Assembly (NCBI GenBank): GCA_044223005.1
Contig: JBGAML010000020.1
Coordinates: forward strand, 28,132-92,131
Direction of reading: 5' to 3'
Source: Candidatus Eiseniibacteriota bacterium
GTDB taxonomy: Bacteria > Eisenbacteria > RBG-16-71-46
Length of the DNA stretch: 64,000 nucleotides
Both the position numbers and the translations under genes were made by a program. Shown piece by piece: positions 60,812 to 64,000 of this stretch (positions are counted from its first letter, which is position 1; every line of letters begins with the position of its first letter). Below the pieces are notes generated by a model. It saw nothing but the letters and a program-made list of their open reading frames with translations, was not told the DNA's origin and did not search any database.

Positions 60812-62110
60812 TTACATCCGGCCGCGGCCGCGCCGGCCCGCGTTGGCCGGGCGCGGACGGCGGCCGTGGACGATCGGCCCCTGCGACGGGGTCGGTGGCG
60901 GCGCCGACCGGGCCGGACGATCGCCACGCGAATGATCGCCGCCGCGTCCGCCCCGCGGCTCGCGAGGCTCGACCGTTCCCTTGGCGTGGTAGTCGAAGTC
61001 CGGGATCTGCACGCGCACGATCGAGCGGCCCAGGAAGCGCTCGATCGCCTCGACGTCCTTGCGCTCCTCGGGGCCCATCAGCGTGAACGCATCACCCGTG
61101 GCGTCGGCACGCGCGGTGCGGCCGATGCGATGCACGTAGTCTTCGGGGGTGTGCGGCACGTCGTAGTTGATGACGTGCGTGATGTCCTGCACATCGATCC
61201 CGCGAGACGCGATGTCGGTCGCGACCAGGATCTGCGTACGGCCGCGCTTCAGGTCGCGCAGCGCGCGCTCGCGCTGGCTCTGGGTGCGATTGCCGTGCAG
61301 GGCGGCCACGGAATGCCCGCGCCGCTCGAGCTGCCGGGCCAGCCGGTCCGCGCCGTGCTTGGTGCGCGTGAAGACGATGACGCTGCCCATGCTCTCGCGC
61401 CGCAGCATCTCGTCGAGCAGGTCGGTCTTGAGGTGGCGGGCGACCGGGTACACCGCCTGCGTGATGCCCGCCGCGGGTTTGGACGGAGGCGCGAGGTCGA
61501 GCCGCACGGCGTCCATCAACGCTTCGGTCGCGACGCGGTTCAGGTCCGGGGGCATCGTCGCCGAGAACATCAGCGTCTGGCGGTCGCGCGGCAGCAGCTT
61601 GAGGATCCGGCGCAGGTCGGGCGCGAAGCCCATGTCGACCATGCGGTCGGCCTCGTCCAGCACCAGGATCTCGATGTCCTCGAACGCCACGCTCTGCCGC
61701 CCGTGCAGATCGAGCAGCCGGCCGGGCGTGGCGACGAGCAGGTCGACGCCTTCGCCGCGCAGCTGGCGCTCCTGCGGCTCGATCCGCACGCCGCCGTAGG
61801 CGACGCCGCAGCGCAGGTCGGTGTAGCGGGCGTAGTCGCGCGCGGCGGTCTCGACCTGCGCGGCGAGCTCGCGCGTCGGGACGAGGACGAGCGCGCGCAG
61901 CGCCGGGTAGTCGCGATCGAGGAGGCGCGCGAGGATCGGCAGCACGAATGCCGCGGTCTTGCCACTGCCCGTCTGCGCGGCGCCGATCACGTCCTTGCCT
62001 TCGAGAATGACGGGAATCGCCTTCTGCTGGATCGGGGTGGGCGTCTGGTAGCCGGCGGCTCGCACGCCCCGGAGGACGGAGGCCGGCAGGCCGAGTGATG
62101 CGAAGGACAC
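60812..62110 (-). CDS. rhlE: DEAD-box RNA helicase (RhlE-like)
   Basis: PTPIQ, AQTGSGKT, PTRELA, LDEADRM, SAT, HRIGRTAR. Confidence 0.9.
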   Translation of the reverse strand: MSFASLGLPASVLRGVRAAGYQTPTPIQQKAIPVILEGKDVIGAAQTGSGKTAAFVLPILARLLDRDYPALRALVLVPTRELAAQVETAARDYARYTDLRCGVAYGGVRIEPQERQLRGEGVDLLVATPGRLLDLHGRQSVAFEDIEILVLDEADRMVDMGFAPDLRRILKLLPRDRQTLMFSATMPPDLNRVATEALMDAVRLDLAPPSKPAAGITQAVYPVARHLKTDLLDEMLRRESMGSVIVFTRTKHGADRLARQLERRGHSVAALHGNRTQSQRERALRDLKRGRTQILVATDIASRGIDVQDITHVINYDVPHTPEDYVHRIGRTARADATGDAFTLMGPEERKDVEAIERFLGRSIVRVQIPDFDYHAKGTVEPREPRGGRGGDHSRGDRPARSAPPPTPSQGPIVHGRRPRPANAGRRGRGRM

Positions 62111-62255
62111 GAAACCTCCCGTGGTGCCCCGGCAGGCGCGCGACCGTCGCGCGCCCGGCGTGGGGCGCGCCTACATTAGAAGATCGGCCCGGCGGGCGCA
62201 CGCCCGGCGGGCGACGACGGGCCCCAGGGCCCGCCGACGCCCGCCGGGGCGCCGT

Positions 62256-63656
62256 TCACTGCAGGGCCAGCCGCAGCCCCGCGACGGTCGCCGCGGGCAG
62301 GGCGGCCGAGCCGCCGGGATGCTGGATCCACTGCACATCGGGCGAGATCACGAGGTGCTCGCCCGCGTGGATCGCCCACGTCGCCTCGAACACGCGTTCG
62401 AAATCGGGGACCTCGGACGCGGCCGCACCGGGATTCGCGTCCCGGAATGCCGCGGCGAGTTCGGGGCTGGTGCGCGCGTGCACGAAGCCGATGGCGATCG
62501 CGTCGTCGGGCCGGCCGGGCCACGGCGCGGTCCACTGCAGACCGGCCTCGAATACGCTCGCGAGCGGGCTACGGTCCGCCGGCGCGAACGCGACGCGCGA
62601 CCACACGCCCACCGCGCGCGCCGGCCGGCGCGCGGACACCCAGATCCGCTGCTCGAGCGTGGCGTACGTTCCCGCGTTCCCGTGGTGCACCGCCGGATCG
62701 AGTCCGGAGGAGGCCACCGGATCGCCGTTCGCGTCCCGGCGCAGGTCGGCGAAATCGGCCGTGTGCCGCCAGGCGCCGAGCCGGGCAGAGCCCGCGAGTG
62801 CGCGATGGCCGGGGCTCCAGTCGTGCTGCGCTTCGGCGATCGCGAAGGCGCCCTGCGATCCGCGCAGGCGGAAGTTGAGTCCGAGGCGGTTGGCGTTCGC
62901 ATCGCCGTCGGGGCTGTCGAACGTGTCGCCGTCGTACGCTCCGACGCGCACGGTCCAGTGCTCCGCCGGCGAGACGGCCAACCTTGCGCCAAGCGCGGGC
63001 ACGAAGAAGATGGGGCCGCCGTTCACGACGTTGGCGCCGATACCGGGCTCCCAGCCGAAGGCACTGTTCGACATCCGGCCTCCGCCCTCGGTCCCCGCGA
63101 ACTCCTCGTCCGCGCCCTGGCTGCCGAGCCGGAGCGAGGCGCGGTCGTGCGCGAAGGGCTGCTCGATCCACGCGTGGTAGAGCCTCAGGCCCGGCGTCGC
63201 TTCGAGGTTGCTCGCGACCAGGCCATCGCCGCTGAAGCGCTCGCTCAGCGAGGGGCCGTGCAGCCACGCGACGTCGACCATCGCACGCGTGCCCGAAGCA
63301 CGCCCCGTCCACTTGGCGAGGTCCGCCTCGAATCCCGCGTAACCCACCGCCTGCCCGGTGGCGCCGGTGACGCGGCCACCGGCGACGTCGCCGATCCACG
63401 CGCCCGTCAGCGATCCGACCGGCGTCACGCCGCGTGCTGCGAGCCCCTGCAGCCACGCCGTGCCGCGCGCGGCCGCGCTCGCGGTGCCGGCGTCCATCGG
63501 GCCGGCGGCGACGTCCGAAAGGTCGGCCGCCGTGGCCTGCACCTCGGCCGAATCCGGAGGCGACTGCGCCGCCACCGGGCGCGTCGCGCCGCCGAGGAGG
63601 AAGAGCACCCCGCCGAGAGCGATCACGACGAGCGGGAACGATGCCTTGCGTCTCAT
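62256..63656 (-). CDS. OprB-family carbohydrate-selective porin
   Basis: Signal peptide, SNLEA...RLY.AWIEQ, G....DEEF, GGPIF...ALG.R, PDDAIAIG, PDVQWI.HPGG. Confidence 0.82.
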   Translation of the reverse strand: MRRKASFPLVVIALGGVLFLLGGATRPVAAQSPPDSAEVQATAADLSDVAAGPMDAGTASAAARGTAWLQGLAARGVTPVGSLTGAWIGDVAGGRVTGATGQAVGYAGFEADLAKWTGRASGTRAMVDVAWLHGPSLSERFSGDGLVASNLEATPGLRLYHAWIEQPFAHDRASLRLGSQGADEEFAGTEGGGRMSNSAFGWEPGIGANVVNGGPIFFVPALGARLAVSPAEHWTVRVGAYDGDTFDSPDGDANANRLGLNFRLRGSQGAFAIAEAQHDWSPGHRALAGSARLGAWRHTADFADLRRDANGDPVASSGLDPAVHHGNAGTYATLEQRIWVSARRPARAVGVWSRVAFAPADRSPLASVFEAGLQWTAPWPGRPDDAIAIGFVHARTSPELAAAFRDANPGAAASEVPDFERVFEATWAIHAGEHLVISPDVQWIQHPGGSAALPAATVAGLRLALQ

Positions 63657-63657
63657 G

Positions 63658-64000
63658 TCAGAACTCCTCGAATCCGTCCACCGTGGACGGGGCCGCGGCG
63701 GTGGAAGCCGCCGCGATTTTCGACTCTCGCTTCGCCCCGGGTACCGCGGTGGCGTGCGCCGGCCGGCCGGGTGCGTGGGCCGAGCGAGCGGGCTTCGCCC
63801 CCGGGACGGCACTGCGGGACTTCGGGCTCGCGTGATCACCGTCGCCGGTGAACACCGCACCCGCGAGCTTGAAGCGCTGGACCAGCGCGAGAACGTCGCG
63901 CGCCTGTTCGGAGAGATGACCGGCGGTCGCCGACAGCTCCTCCGTCTGCGCCGCGTTCGACTGCGTCGCGCGGTCCATCGACGCCACCGCCTTGTTCACT
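63658..64000 (-). CDS. Methyl-accepting chemotaxis protein, C-terminal part
   Basis: VNKAVASMDRATQSNAAQTEELSATA..L..QA..V..LV..FKL; ends GFEEF. Confidence 0.88.
   Translation of the reverse strand, partial: VNKAVASMDRATQSNAAQTEELSATAGHLSEQARDVLALVQRFKLAGAVFTGDGDHASPKSRSAVPGAKPARSAHAPGRPAHATAVPGAKRESKIAAASTAAAPSTVDGFEEF

Overview
Very GC-rich bacterial chromosome segment. Secreted proteins with T9SS-like and 'TWGxxKxLYR' C-termini suggest an FCB-related lineage such as Ca. Eisenbacteria (inference). No rRNA, tRNA, CRISPR array or mobile element was recognised. Left arm (1-20 kb): partial chemoreceptor, a sigma54-like-preceded 2-oxoacid:acceptor oxidoreductase operon with a GltD/delta fusion, an OPT transporter, a UshA-like/tetraheme cytochrome c fusion, a CDF transporter, an S1-domain protein, an RND pair, cysK-cysE preceded by a Cys-Cys-Cys leader peptide and attenuator that are absent from the supplied ORF track, and msrA. 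Centre (20.0-48.4 kb): a ~28 kb LacI-controlled glycan utilisation locus, probably for beta-1,2-glucan. It holds two GH144-like glucanases, a Cgs-type GH94 phosphorylase, GH1, an ABC importer without ATPase and an unclassified CBM + six-hairpin enzyme. Its outer-membrane module has no SusD: CBM9-like CTD protein, TonB-dependent receptor, 1.1-kaa CTD protein, PorV-like barrel, CTD-tagged glucanase. Three matching LacI-type operators link the locus. Right arm: aminopeptidase P, alpha/beta hydrolase, VOC remnant, GIY-YIG protein, hemolysin III, pckG, dGTPase, PuuD, tricorn-like protease, DEAD-box helicase, OprB porin and a second partial chemoreceptor. All calls are from motif recognition by eye; no searches were run.
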